From Synechococcus sp. A15-24 (GTDB lineage: Bacteria > Cyanobacteriota > Cyanobacteriia > PCC-6307 > Cyanobiaceae), in the NCBI RefSeq assembly GCF_014280195.1, contig NZ_CP047960.1:1830001-1862000 (forward strand): a stretch of 32,000 nt of DNA, in the 5' to 3' direction. Positions 1-8,648 of the stretch are shown piece by piece. Positions within the stretch are counted from its first letter, which is position 1. Each line of letters opens with the position of its first letter. A program made the position numbers and the translations under genes. The notes beneath the pieces are model-generated. The model was not told the origin of the DNA and searched no databases. It was given only the letters and a program-made list of their open reading frames with translations.

Positions 1-1992
1 CTGAGCATCTCGATGCAGTGGAGCCAGGTAGCCCCACCACTGTTGGAATCGCTGGAAATGGACCGGCTGCGCTTCCCGGAGATCTATGAGCGCCGGGCCG
101 CCCGCTATCGGCTGGAGCCCTACCGGCTCAAGCTCAGCTACATCCTTGAACGGCTGGAGCTCACGCTGCAGCGCAACCATCAGATGTCAGAGGCTGGCTG
201 GCAGTCGCCGCCGGAACCTGCCACCACAGCGCCAACCGATGGGATCCCGGGCCATGAGGCGCTGCACTACACCGACATCAATCAGTTCCGCAGTGATCTG
301 GAACTGATCCGCAACAGCCTTGTCAGCACCGAGCTGAGCTGCGAACAGCTCGACACCCTGCTCAACCAGGTCCACATCTTCGGGTTCTCTCTAGCGAGCC
401 TGGACATCCGGCAGGAGAGCACCCGCCACAGCGACGCCATCGATGAGCTGACCACCAACCTGCAGCTTCCCAAGGCCTACGGCGCCATGGAGGAATCTGA
501 GCGGGTGGCCTGGCTGCTGGAGGAACTGCAGACCCGCCGGCCTCTGATCCCCGCGGCGGTCGAATGGTCCGAAGCCACCGCCCAGACCTTTGCGGTGTTC
601 CAGATGCTGCATCGCCTGCAGCAGGAATTCGGTCAGCGGATCTGCCACTCATATGTGATCTCCATGAGTCACACCGCCTCCGACCTGCTGGAGGTGATGC
701 TGCTGGCGAAGGAGATCGGCCTGGCGGACCCGCAGGCCGGCAAGGCATCGCTGCTGGTGGTGCCTTTGTTCGAAACGGTGGAAGACCTGCAGCGGGCCCC
801 CGAGGTCATGGACGGCCTGTTCCAGAAGCCGATTTACCGGAATCTGCTCCCCAGTGTTGGCGTCCAGCGACAGCCCCTGCAGGAGCTGATGCTCGGGTAC
901 TCCGACAGCAACAAAGACTCGGGCTTCCTCTCCAGCAACTGGGAGATTCACCAGGCGCAGATCGCCCTGCAAACCCTGGCCAGTAGCCATGGCGTGGCCC
1001 TGCGGCTGTTCCACGGCCGGGGTGGATCGGTGAGCCGCGGCGGTGGCCCGGCCTACCAGGCCATACTTGCTCAGCCCAGCGGCACACTGCAGGGCCGGAT
1101 CAAGATCACCGAACAGGGTGAAGTGCTGGCCTCCAAGTACGGCCTGCCGGAACTTGCCCTCTACAACCTGGAAACCGTCACGACGGCGGTGGTGCAGAAC
1201 AGCTTGGTGACCAATCAGCTGGATGCCACCCCGAGCTGGAACCAGTTGATGAGCCGCGTGGCCAAGCGCTCCCGCGAGCATTACCGGGCCCTGGTCCACG
1301 ACAACCCCGATCTGGTGGCGTTTTTCCAGCAGGTCACCCCGATCGAGGAGATCAGCAAGCTGCAGATCTCCAGCCGTCCGGCCCGCCGCAAGACCGGCGC
1401 CCGGGATCTCTCCAGTCTGCGGGCAATCCCCTGGGTGTTCGGCTGGACCCAAAGCCGGTTCCTGCTGCCGAGCTGGTTCGGTGTGGGCACCGCCCTGGCG
1501 GAGGAGGTCAACGACGACCCTGAGCAACTGGACCTGCTGCGGCGACTGCATCAGCGCTGGCCGTTTTTCCGGATGCTGATCTCCAAGGTGGAGATGACGC
1601 TGTCCAAGGTCGATCTCGACCTGGCGCACCACTACATGAGCAGCCTCGGCAACCCGGAGCAGCGCGATGCCTTTGAAGACATCTTCAAGGTGATCGCCGA
1701 TGAATACGGCCGCACCCTGAAGCTGGTACTTGAAATCACCGGTCAGAGCCGCCTGCTTGGGGCCGATCAGAACCTGCAGCTGTCGGTGGATCTGCGCAAC
1801 CGCACCATTGTTCCCCTGGGCTTCCTGCAGGTGGCCCTGCTGCGGCGACTGCGGGATCAGAACCGCCAGCCCCCCATGAGCGAATCCCCTGGAACGCCGG
1901 AGGATCGCCGCACCTACAGCCGCAGTGAGCTGCTGCGGGGCGCATTGCTCACCCTTAATGGCATCGCCGCCGGCATGCGCAACACCGGCTGA
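1..1992 (+). CDS. ppc: phosphoenolpyruvate carboxylase, C-terminal ~660 aa (5' end outside window)
   Basis: Frame is open to the window edge. PEPC signatures [13 protein letters not shown] and [14 protein letters not shown] are present, with the C-terminal [10 protein letters not shown]. Confidence 0.93.
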   Translation: MSISMQWSQVAPPLLESLEMDRLRFPEIYERRAARYRLEPYRLKLSYILERLELTLQRNHQMSEAGWQSPPEPATTAPTDGIPGHEALHYTDINQFRSDLELIRNSLVSTELSCEQLDTLLNQVHIFGFSLASLDIRQESTRHSDAIDELTTNLQLPKAYGAMEESERVAWLLEELQTRRPLIPAAVEWSEATAQTFAVFQMLHRLQQEFGQRICHSYVISMSHTASDLLEVMLLAKEIGLADPQAGKASLLVVPLFETVEDLQRAPEVMDGLFQKPIYRNLLPSVGVQRQPLQELMLGYSDSNKDSGFLSSNWEIHQAQIALQTLASSHGVALRLFHGRGGSVSRGGGPAYQAILAQPSGTLQGRIKITEQGEVLASKYGLPELALYNLETVTTAVVQNSLVTNQLDATPSWNQLMSRVAKRSREHYRALVHDNPDLVAFFQQVTPIEEISKLQISSRPARRKTGARDLSSLRAIPWVFGWTQSRFLLPSWFGVGTALAEEVNDDPEQLDLLRRLHQRWPFFRMLISKVEMTLSKVDLDLAHHYMSSLGNPEQRDAFEDIFKVIADEYGRTLKLVLEITGQSRLLGADQNLQLSVDLRNRTIVPLGFLQVALLRRLRDQNRQPPMSESPGTPEDRRTYSRSELLRGALLTLNGIAAGMRNTG

Positions 1993-1996
1993 TCCC

Positions 1997-2470
1997 TTGC
2001 TTTCGTTCCTTCAGCAGCCCAGTGTTCCTCAACTCCCCGAGGGATACCGACTCGAAACCGGTGAGGTGCCATCTCCGGCAGCCATCAACCGACTGCTGGC
2101 GTCCTGCCAGGAATCCACCCACCCGGAAGAGCTCTGGCCCAAGGCGATGGAGCGCAGCCTGTGGCAAATCAGCATTCTTGAGGAGTCCACGGGAGAGCTG
2201 GTGGGATTCGTGCGGGCCACCAGCGACATGGCCCTCAACGCCAATCTCTGGAATCTGTCCGCCCTTCCGGGACCGGATCAGGGCCGGCTGCTGACGGTTC
2301 TGATGCATCGAGCCCTGCACATCCTGCGGCGAGACCTGCCTGGCTGCAGCCTGTCCGTCTCCGCGCCGGCGATGTCGCTCGAAGCGCTGAAGGGTCAGGG
2401 GTTTGTGATCGACCCCAGTGGCATCCGGGCCATGGGGTTGAGGCTGAAATCAACCTCTGGAACTGACTGA
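1997..2470 (+). CDS. small conserved protein, possibly GNAT-type acetyltransferase fold; start uncertain
   Basis: Codon-biased ORF in host-like GC. The track start at 1925 overlaps ppc by 68 nt, whereas an in-frame TTG at 1997 lies just after the ppc stop. The GNAT call rests only on weak motif resemblance (ELVGFVRA...QGRLLTVLMHRAL). Confidence 0.4.
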   Translation: MLSFLQQPSVPQLPEGYRLETGEVPSPAAINRLLASCQESTHPEELWPKAMERSLWQISILEESTGELVGFVRATSDMALNANLWNLSALPGPDQGRLLTVLMHRALHILRRDLPGCSLSVSAPAMSLEALKGQGFVIDPSGIRAMGLRLKSTSGTD

Positions 2471-2473
2471 ACA

Positions 2474-2547
2474 CGAGCATGGAGGGATTCGAACCCCCGA
2501 CCCTCAGAACCGGAATCTGATGCTCTATCCAACTGAGCTACATGCCC
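2474..2547 (-). tRNA. tRNA-Arg (anticodon CCG)
   Basis: The reverse complement folds by hand into a cloverleaf: acceptor GGGCATG/CATGCTC, D arm GCTC/GAGC, anticodon stem TCAGA/TCTGA with loop TTCCGGT, and T arm GGGGG-TTCGAAT-CCCTC. Confidence 0.9.
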
Positions 2548-2632
2548 ACTGGCCTAAGTGAGGTAACAGCAGGAGACCGCCCGACAGGCCGGCCCGTTGT
2601 CAGTACCTTACCCAAACGCCGCTCTGTGACCC

Positions 2633-3751
2633 ATCCGGCTCCAAACGCTCCAGCTGCAGGGGTTTCGGAACCACAGTCAGCTGTCGCTGGAGCTGACCCA
2701 GCCGCGGTTGCTGGTGATCGGCCCCAACGGCATCGGCAAATCAAATCTGCTGGAGGCGGTGGAGCTGCTGGGCAGCCTGCGCTCGCATCGCTGCAGCCAG
2801 GACCGTGACCTGATCCAGTGGGAGGCACCGCGGGCCCTGCTGCGGGCCGGCCTGGATGATGGCGATCAGCTGGAGCTTGAGCTGCGTCGCCAAGGGGGGC
2901 GCCAGGCCCGTCGCAACGGCAAGACTCTGGATCGCCAGCTGGATCTGATCGGTCCTCTGCGCTGCATCGGGTTCAGCGCCCTCGATCTGGAGCTGGTGCG
3001 GGGGGAACCGGCCCTGCGGCGGCAGTGGCTCGACCGGGTGGTGCTGCAGCTGGAGCCCGTCTACGCCGATCTGCTCGGCCGCTACAACCGCCTGCTGCGC
3101 CAACGCAGCCAGCTCTGGCGTCGTGGTGCGCAGACCAGCCCGAACCAGCGGGACGCTTTGCTCGATGCCTTCGATGTGCAGATGGCCCTGATGAGCACGC
3201 GCATTCATCGCCGCCGCCAACGGGCGTTGCGGCGCCTGGAACCGATCGCGCGCCGTTGGCAGTCGCACCTCAGTGCCGGGAGCGAGGAGCTGGAATTGCA
3301 CTACCTACCGGGCAGTCGACTCGATGCCGAGGAAGCGGAGGAGCCATGGCGACTGGCCATCGAAGAGCAGCTGCGGCGGCAACGGCCGGAGGAGGAACGG
3401 TTGGGCAGCTGCCGGGTGGGGCCCCATCGCGATGAAGTGTCCCTGCAACTGGGGGGAACACCGGCGCGGCGGTTCGGATCATCGGGCCAGCAACGCTCGC
3501 TGGTGCTGGGGCTGAAACTGGCGGAACTGGAACTGGTGACCCAGCTGTTCGGCGAGGCGCCGCTGCTGCTGCTGGACGACGTACTGGCGGAACTCGATCC
3601 CACCCGTCAGCACCTGCTGCTGGAGGCGGTGGGGCAGGAGCATCAATGCCTGGTGAGCGCTACCCACCTGAGCGGCTTTGAGGGCGGCTGGCGAGAGCAT
3701 TCCCAGATTCTCAATCCTGGAGACCTGAGTCCAGGGGTGGAGATCGGATAA
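2633..3751 (+). CDS. recF: DNA replication/repair protein RecF (start codon unresolved)
   Basis: Walker [14 protein letters not shown], signature SSGQQRSL and Walker [13 protein letters not shown]. The conserved N-terminus [12 protein letters not shown] lies upstream of the first canonical start offered by the track (TTG 2708). There is an in-frame TGA at 2627-2629. Confidence 0.85.
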   Translation: MRLQTLQLQGFRNHSQLSLELTQPRLLVIGPNGIGKSNLLEAVELLGSLRSHRCSQDRDLIQWEAPRALLRAGLDDGDQLELELRRQGGRQARRNGKTLDRQLDLIGPLRCIGFSALDLELVRGEPALRRQWLDRVVLQLEPVYADLLGRYNRLLRQRSQLWRRGAQTSPNQRDALLDAFDVQMALMSTRIHRRRQRALRRLEPIARRWQSHLSAGSEELELHYLPGSRLDAEEAEEPWRLAIEEQLRRQRPEEERLGSCRVGPHRDEVSLQLGGTPARRFGSSGQQRSLVLGLKLAELELVTQLFGEAPLLLLDDVLAELDPTRQHLLLEAVGQEHQCLVSATHLSGFEGGWREHSQILNPGDLSPGVEIG

Positions 3752-3781
3752 TCTGCTTTGCTGTTTTTCTCTGATCGCCTG

Positions 3782-4237
3782 ATGGAGCAGACCCTGTCTG
3801 ACCTGCATCCCAACCCGGGATGGGGGGACACCCAGTTGCAAGCCACCGACATGGTGGGCAAACACTGCATTCTCGAGCTCTACGACTGCGATCCTGCCCG
3901 GCTCGACGACGAAGCATTCCTGAGAACCACCATCACGACAGCAGCGAAACGTGCTGGTGCCACCCTTCTCAATCTGATCACCCACAGCTTCGAGCCCCAG
4001 GGCGTCACGGGACTGGCCCTGCTGGCGGAATCGCACATCTCCATCCACACCTGGCCCGAGAGCGGTTATGCCGCCGTGGATGTGTTCACCTGCGGTGACC
4101 ACACGATGCCGGAACAGGCCTGCGCCGTTCTGCGGGACGAACTGCGGGCCCAGCGCCATGCCCTGAGGAGTTTTCGAAGGGAAACACCGGCGGCTGTGGC
4201 CGACACCGTGCGCGAACCGATCCAGCTGCCTGGCTGA
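3782..4237 (+). CDS. speH: S-adenosylmethionine decarboxylase proenzyme (small class 1 type)
   Basis: [33 protein letters not shown] includes the E-S self-cleavage site. ATG 3782 is in frame; the track start at 3758 is TTG. Confidence 0.85.
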   Translation: MEQTLSDLHPNPGWGDTQLQATDMVGKHCILELYDCDPARLDDEAFLRTTITTAAKRAGATLLNLITHSFEPQGVTGLALLAESHISIHTWPESGYAAVDVFTCGDHTMPEQACAVLRDELRAQRHALRSFRRETPAAVADTVREPIQLPG

Positions 4238-5104
4238 TCAGAGGCCGCGGTTGAGCTTGCCGCTCACCAGGCCCTCCAGATCCAGGCTCACAGAAGTGAA
4301 CCCCAGGTCCAGCAGGCTGCTGACCAGGGGTTCTTTTGCGTTCAGGGCCAGCAGATCATCCAGCCGATCACGGGGCACCTCGATGCGCGCGGAGAGGCCC
4401 TGGCTGCGCACCCGCACCCTGGGGAACCCTCGGGCCAGCAACCAGGCTTCCGCCTGCCCGACCCGCTTCAGCCGCTCGGCGCTGATGCTCTCGCCGTAGG
4501 GGAAGCGGGAGGCCAGGCAGGGCTGGGCCGGCTTGTCCCACCAGGGAAAACCGAGGGCTGATGACAACTGGCGAATGGCGGCCTTGTCGATGGCCAATTC
4601 CGCCAGGGGGGAGCGCACCCCAGATTGCCGGGCCGCCTCAATGCCGGGGCGGTGGTCACCGAGATCATCCAGATTCACCCCATCCACCACCAAGGCACCA
4701 CCGGCGGCGGCAGCGATCGGCTGCAGGTGGTGATGCAGTTCCCGCTTGCAGGCAAAACAGCGGTCGGAAGGATTGCTGCTGTAGTCGGGATCGTTGAGCT
4801 CACGGGTTGGACACTCCTGATGGCGGATGCCGATCCACTGCGCCTGCGCCCGCGCCTCCTCCAGCAGATGGGGAGCCAGGGCCTGCGAGACCCCCGTCAC
4901 CGCGACAGCGGCATCACCCTTCTGTTCATGGGCGATTGCGGCCACCAGGGTGCTGTCCACACCACCGGAGTAAGCCACGCACAGGGCATCGTGTGAAGCC
5001 AGCCAGGTGCGCAACTGCTGGAGCAGATCGGCCTGCCGCGACGGCAAAGGTTCCTGCAGCCGGAACATCAGCGGAACAACCCGGTCGATCTCGGTAGGCT
5101 CCAA
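4238..5104 (-). CDS. PP-loop superfamily ATP-utilising enzyme (LarE/TIGR00268-like sulfur transferase family)
   Basis: PP-loop motif VAYSGGVDSTLVA followed by conserved cysteines (CFACK). Confidence 0.65.
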   Translation of the reverse strand: MEPTEIDRVVPLMFRLQEPLPSRQADLLQQLRTWLASHDALCVAYSGGVDSTLVAAIAHEQKGDAAVAVTGVSQALAPHLLEEARAQAQWIGIRHQECPTRELNDPDYSSNPSDRCFACKRELHHHLQPIAAAAGGALVVDGVNLDDLGDHRPGIEAARQSGVRSPLAELAIDKAAIRQLSSALGFPWWDKPAQPCLASRFPYGESISAERLKRVGQAEAWLLARGFPRVRVRSQGLSARIEVPRDRLDDLLALNAKEPLVSSLLDLGFTSVSLDLEGLVSGKLNRGL

Positions 5105-5121
5105 CTGTAAGAGCCGGGACC

Positions 5122-6270
5122 ATGCCCCGAAGCATCGGCATCGTGACGGCGGCGGACAGCCGCGAGCGCAGCCATGGTCAGCTGCACATCTATGACGGTG
5201 AGGGCAAGGGCAAGAGCCAGGCCGCCCTGGGAGTGGTGCTGCGCACCATCGGCCTCGGCATCTGTGAACAACGACGCACTCGGGTGTTGCTGCTGCGCTT
5301 CCTCAAGGGTCCAGGCCGCGCCTACGACGAAGACGCCGCCATCGAAGCGCTGCAGCAGGGTTTCCCGCATCTGATCGACCACCTGCGCACGGGCCGTGCC
5401 GATCACTTCACCGCTGAAGAAGCCACCCGCTTCGATCGGGAGGAAGCCCAGCGGGGCTGGGTGATCGCCAAAGGAGCCATCGCCAGCGCGCTCTATTCGG
5501 TGGTGGTGCTGGATGAACTGAACCCGGTGCTGGATCTGGGGCTGCTGGACGTGGAGGACGTTGTCAACACACTCAGGCAGCGGCCGGAGGGCATGGAAAT
5601 CATCGTGACCGGCCGCGCGGCACCTGCACCCTTGGTGCGGGTGGCGGACCTGCACTCCGAGATGCGGGCGCACCGGCGGCCAGGGCTGGAGGAGGATCGG
5701 GTGATCCCGCTCAACATGAGCAGCGGCATCGAGATCTACACCGGCGAAGGCAAGGGCAAATCCACCAGCGCCCTCGGCAAGGCGCTGCAGGCGATTGGAC
5801 GGGGCATCAGCCAGGACAAGAGCCACCGGGTGCTGATCCTGCAGTGGCTAAAAGGGGGCAGCGGCTACACCGAGGACGCCGCCATCGCCGCGCTGCGGGA
5901 CAGCTATCCCCATCTGGTGGATCACCTTCGCTCCGGCCGTGATGCCATCGTCTGGCGCGGCCAGCAGGAACCGATCGATTACGTGGAAGCGGAACGGGCC
6001 TGGGAGATCGCCCGCGCTGCCATCTCAAGCGGGCTCTACAAAACCGTGATCCTCGATGAACTCAACCCAACGGTGGATCTGGAGCTGCTGCCGGAGGAGC
6101 CGATCGTGCAGACGCTGCTGCGCAAACCGACGGAAACCGAAGTGATCATCACCGGCCGCTGCAAAAACCAGCCCGCTTATTTCGATCTGGCCAGCATCCA
6201 CTCCGAGATGGTGTGCCACAAGCACTACGCCGAGCAAGGCGTGGACCTCAAGCGAGGAGTGGATTATTGA
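5122..6270 (+). CDS. cobO: cob(I)yrinic acid a,c-diamide adenosyltransferase-like protein with two tandem CobA/CobO/BtuR domains
   Basis: Two parallel halves each carry the P-loop (YDGEGKGKSQAALG and YTGEGKGKSTSALG) and the VLDELN motif. The C-terminal HKHYAEQGVDLKRGVDY tail is typical of CobA-type enzymes. Confidence 0.75.
   Translation: MPRSIGIVTAADSRERSHGQLHIYDGEGKGKSQAALGVVLRTIGLGICEQRRTRVLLLRFLKGPGRAYDEDAAIEALQQGFPHLIDHLRTGRADHFTAEEATRFDREEAQRGWVIAKGAIASALYSVVVLDELNPVLDLGLLDVEDVVNTLRQRPEGMEIIVTGRAAPAPLVRVADLHSEMRAHRRPGLEEDRVIPLNMSSGIEIYTGEGKGKSTSALGKALQAIGRGISQDKSHRVLILQWLKGGSGYTEDAAIAALRDSYPHLVDHLRSGRDAIVWRGQQEPIDYVEAERAWEIARAAISSGLYKTVILDELNPTVDLELLPEEPIVQTLLRKPTETEVIITGRCKNQPAYFDLASIHSEMVCHKHYAEQGVDLKRGVDY
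6225..6270 (+). repeat. attL-like direct repeat, the functional last 15 codons of cobO
   Basis: The 46-mer CTACGCCGAGCAAGGCGTGGACCTCAAGCGAGGAGTGGATTATTGA matches 11923-11968 at 39/46 positions in direct orientation. Confidence 0.85.
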
Positions 6271-6281
6271 GGCCTCGTAAG

Positions 6282-6302
6282 AGTTTGTACGAAGTTTGTA
6301 TA
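6282..6302 (+). promoter_or_regulatory. left-end tandem motif AGTTTGTACGAAGTTTGTATA (candidate integrase arm-type site)
   Basis: 19/21 identical to 11854-11874 in the same orientation. Further AAGTTTG(T/G) copies occur at 6461-6468 and 6776-6783. Confidence 0.5.
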
Positions 6303-6741
6303 CCGGAATCACTTACACAAATCCGCGAAACAGATAGCACCCGATTGATTCTCAATAGGAGAGAGTTTATTGAGAAAAGGTCTTCGGTTCGGCTTCAAAT
6401 GAACGACCGCTTATCCGCGATAGTCACCACACCACAGCCACATCAACCGATCTAGGGAAAAGTTTGTAGGGACGAACTCGATCGGTTTGAACTAAGGCCT
6501 GGAAGGCACTGCAGCAAGCCGTAAATGTTTCAAGTGGTAAGCCCTGCCTGGAGCGCTAGCTGCTGCTGCAAGGCCGTCTAGCCGTGCTGCTGAGCCTTGG
6601 ACGAAGGGGCTATGGGGGTCAATCAGCACCTTCGTATATACGTAATGACCTCTCAGAAATTTGTCTTGTTTGTTTGAGACTCCTAAGAAAAATGCATTGT
6701 CTTGTTCAATCCTACAGAACTACTGACTTATTCAAAAATCC

Positions 6742-6770
6742 TTGACCAATTAGCACTAGACAACTAATAT
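6742..6770 (+). promoter_or_regulatory. sigma70-like promoter candidate for the LRR-RTX gene
   Basis: TTGACC (6742-6747), a 17-nt spacer, then TAATAT (6765-6770), about 23 nt upstream of ATG 6793. Confidence 0.4.
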
Positions 6771-6792
6771 TAGAGAAGTTTGGTTTAATCCA

Positions 6793-8127
6793 ATGACATT
6801 TAGTTTTACTTTTGACAGTGCCACTGGTCACGTAACTATTGCCGAAGGGTCATTCAAATTACCTGCTAGGGCTTTTAAGGGCCGCAAGGAAATTAAAAGC
6901 GTAACTATTCCAGGCTCTGTCCTCTCAATTGGAACGGAAGCGTTTAGAGGCGGCAGTCTGAATAAAATAGTTATTCCTGAGCGGGTAACTACTATTGACC
7001 TTAAAGGATTTTATGAAAATAAGCTGAATGAGGCGATTATTGGTGAGTCTGTCAACTCGATTGGCGACTACGCGTTTTATGGAAACCAACTTAAAAGCAT
7101 TGTCATTCCCAATAGTGTTACTTCGATAGGTCAATGGACGTTTGCTCGAAATCAGCTATCTGAGGCTAACATTGGTAATTCCGTCACTTCAATTGGCGGC
7201 GGGGCGTTTTATGATAACCAGTTGACTGAGGTCGTAATTGGTGACTCTGTAACCTCGATTGGCAGAAGGGCTTTCCAGCAAAACGATTTGACCAATATTA
7301 TAATACCTGATTCTGTCACTTCAATTCACAGCTGGGCGTTCAAGAACAACAATCTAACTGAGGTTTTAATACCTGATTCTGTTACTTCAATTGGCTCCGG
7401 GGCGTTCATTGGCAACAATCTAACTGAGGTTTTAATACCTGATTCTGTCACTTCAATTAGCAGCGGGGCGTTCAAGAGAAACAAGCTGACTAAGGTTAAA
7501 TTGCCATCAATATTCAAAGACAATCCTCCACATAAAGCATTTGATCTTGGAGTGGAATTTAGCTATTCCGGTGCTGTTGAGCCGACACCTGAGCCAACTC
7601 CAGCTCCTGCACCTGAGCCAACACCAGCTCCTGCACCTGAGCCAACTCCTGAACCTAACGACAATGACTACATTCTACCTACTACAAGAAATTCAATTGC
7701 TGGAACAAACAAGAACAACAAGCTCAACGGTACAAAGTCAAATGATTTTATCCTTGGACTTAGTGGTAGAGACAAAATAAACGGCAAGAATGGTGATGAC
7801 ATCCTTGAAGGTGGCGATAGTAATGACATCCTCAAAGGATCAAAAGGTGATGACTATCTCTTGGGTTCCAAAGGCGATGATGTTTTAATTGGTGGGCGAG
7901 GTGCGGATGTCTTTAAGACATCCAAAGGTGTTGATATAGTTAATGATTTCAGTCTTATACAAGGAGATCGTATTGGTCTATATCAAGACACTATTTATGA
8001 CGTCATTGATGATGTTGATGGAACTCTGATAAGAGTTACTAACAGTATTCGGATGCTTCTAGTAGATCAGGACTATGACGAGTTCTTGGCAGCAGGAAAC
8101 GACGCCATCGCCAGGATTGCTGTCTGA
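6793..8127 (+). CDS. leucine-rich-repeat (BspA-like 22-23 aa units) protein with PEPTPAPA linker and RTX-type Ca-binding nonapeptide repeats
   Basis: About 9 units of the type IPDSVTSIGSGAFxxNxLTEV, a linker EPTPEPTPAPAPEPTPAPAPEPTPEP, and five consecutive nonapeptides GKNGDDILE GGDSNDILK GSKGDDYLL GSKGDDVLI GGRGADVFK. Confidence 0.8.
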   Translation: MTFSFTFDSATGHVTIAEGSFKLPARAFKGRKEIKSVTIPGSVLSIGTEAFRGGSLNKIVIPERVTTIDLKGFYENKLNEAIIGESVNSIGDYAFYGNQLKSIVIPNSVTSIGQWTFARNQLSEANIGNSVTSIGGGAFYDNQLTEVVIGDSVTSIGRRAFQQNDLTNIIIPDSVTSIHSWAFKNNNLTEVLIPDSVTSIGSGAFIGNNLTEVLIPDSVTSISSGAFKRNKLTKVKLPSIFKDNPPHKAFDLGVEFSYSGAVEPTPEPTPAPAPEPTPAPAPEPTPEPNDNDYILPTTRNSIAGTNKNNKLNGTKSNDFILGLSGRDKINGKNGDDILEGGDSNDILKGSKGDDYLLGSKGDDVLIGGRGADVFKTSKGVDIVNDFSLIQGDRIGLYQDTIYDVIDDVDGTLIRVTNSIRMLLVDQDYDEFLAAGNDAIARIAV

Positions 8128-8205
8128 TTACGGACAGAATATTAACCCCGTCGCCAGGCGAGTTGAAGTGAATCAGATCATTAGAACCAGAAGTAAATAG
8201 CTAGG

Positions 8206-8439
8206 TCAAATATCAAGCATTGGTCGCTGCTTTGCCTTAAATTTTCTAGTCGCATAGTTAAAGGTATTGTCGATGATGTCTTTTAGTGCTGGGGACATCG
8301 GTGGTTCGTAAGGTCGTTCATATCTAGGCCTTGGAGAAATACCTTTACTGAAATCTTCACATCTTCCTAGTGAATTGTCAGCCCACTTTTTGAATTCCTC
8401 AACCTCTTTTTTGTAGGAGTCAGACATTGGGTTATTCAT
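8206..8439 (-). CDS. hypothetical 77-aa protein (island)
   Basis: ORF in low-GC DNA. Its ATG overlaps the stop of the upstream ORF by 4 nt (ATGA-type coupling). Confidence 0.45.
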   Translation of the reverse strand: MNNPMSDSYKKEVEEFKKWADNSLGRCEDFSKGISPRPRYERPYEPPMSPALKDIIDNTFNYATRKFKAKQRPMLDI

Positions 8440-8648
8440 TTCTTTGAATCCTTCGTATTTTTGTCGATGAGGTCTAGCAATGAAGGTAGACCAGGTTGTT
8501 GTTGTGGCTTGTTCTGTTCCTTGAGACCCAATTGCTTGAGTCTGACTTGTTCACGTAGTTGATCTAGGTATGTCTGCATTTTCAGATTGTTATTTTTTGG
8601 TAGCTTGTAGTTGTGGTTGAACACCTTTTCGGTCTTCCTCGTACTCAT
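8436..8648 (-). CDS. hypothetical ~70-aa lysine/glutamine-rich protein (island)
   Basis: Starts at internal ATG 8648 (MSTRKTEKVF...). The track ORF upstream of this ATG reads as an out-of-frame shadow of the neighbouring ORF. Confidence 0.4.
   Translation of the reverse strand: MSTRKTEKVFNHNYKLPKNNNLKMQTYLDQLREQVRLKQLGLKEQNKPQQQPGLPSLLDLIDKNTKDSKK

Noticed and set aside
649-1632. Long antisense or alternative-frame ORFs inside high-GC genes. Examples: 649-1632(-), 3479-4159(-), 5068-5826(-), 12107-12904(+), 19525-20229(+), 22441-23145(+), 26418-27686(-), 28346-29287(-), 30230-30913(-).
   Set aside because: Each lies opposite or out of frame to a gene with unmistakable motifs (ppc, recF/speH, cobO, moeB, recA, ycf45, rplB, rpsC, rplN/rplX). 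Their products are Arg/Pro/Gly/Ala-rich low-complexity strings, typical of stop-poor frames in about 60% GC DNA.
5105-5121. Cobalamin riboswitch upstream of the cobO-like gene
   Set aside because: Only 17 nt separate it from the divergent PP-loop ATPase gene start, which leaves no room for a riboswitch aptamer.
6213-6455. 80-aa ORF spanning the cobO end and the island left arm
   Set aside because: It is out of frame with cobO in its first part. The remainder crosses the att boundary and the arm-motif region, has no convincing start after the boundary, and has an implausible composition.
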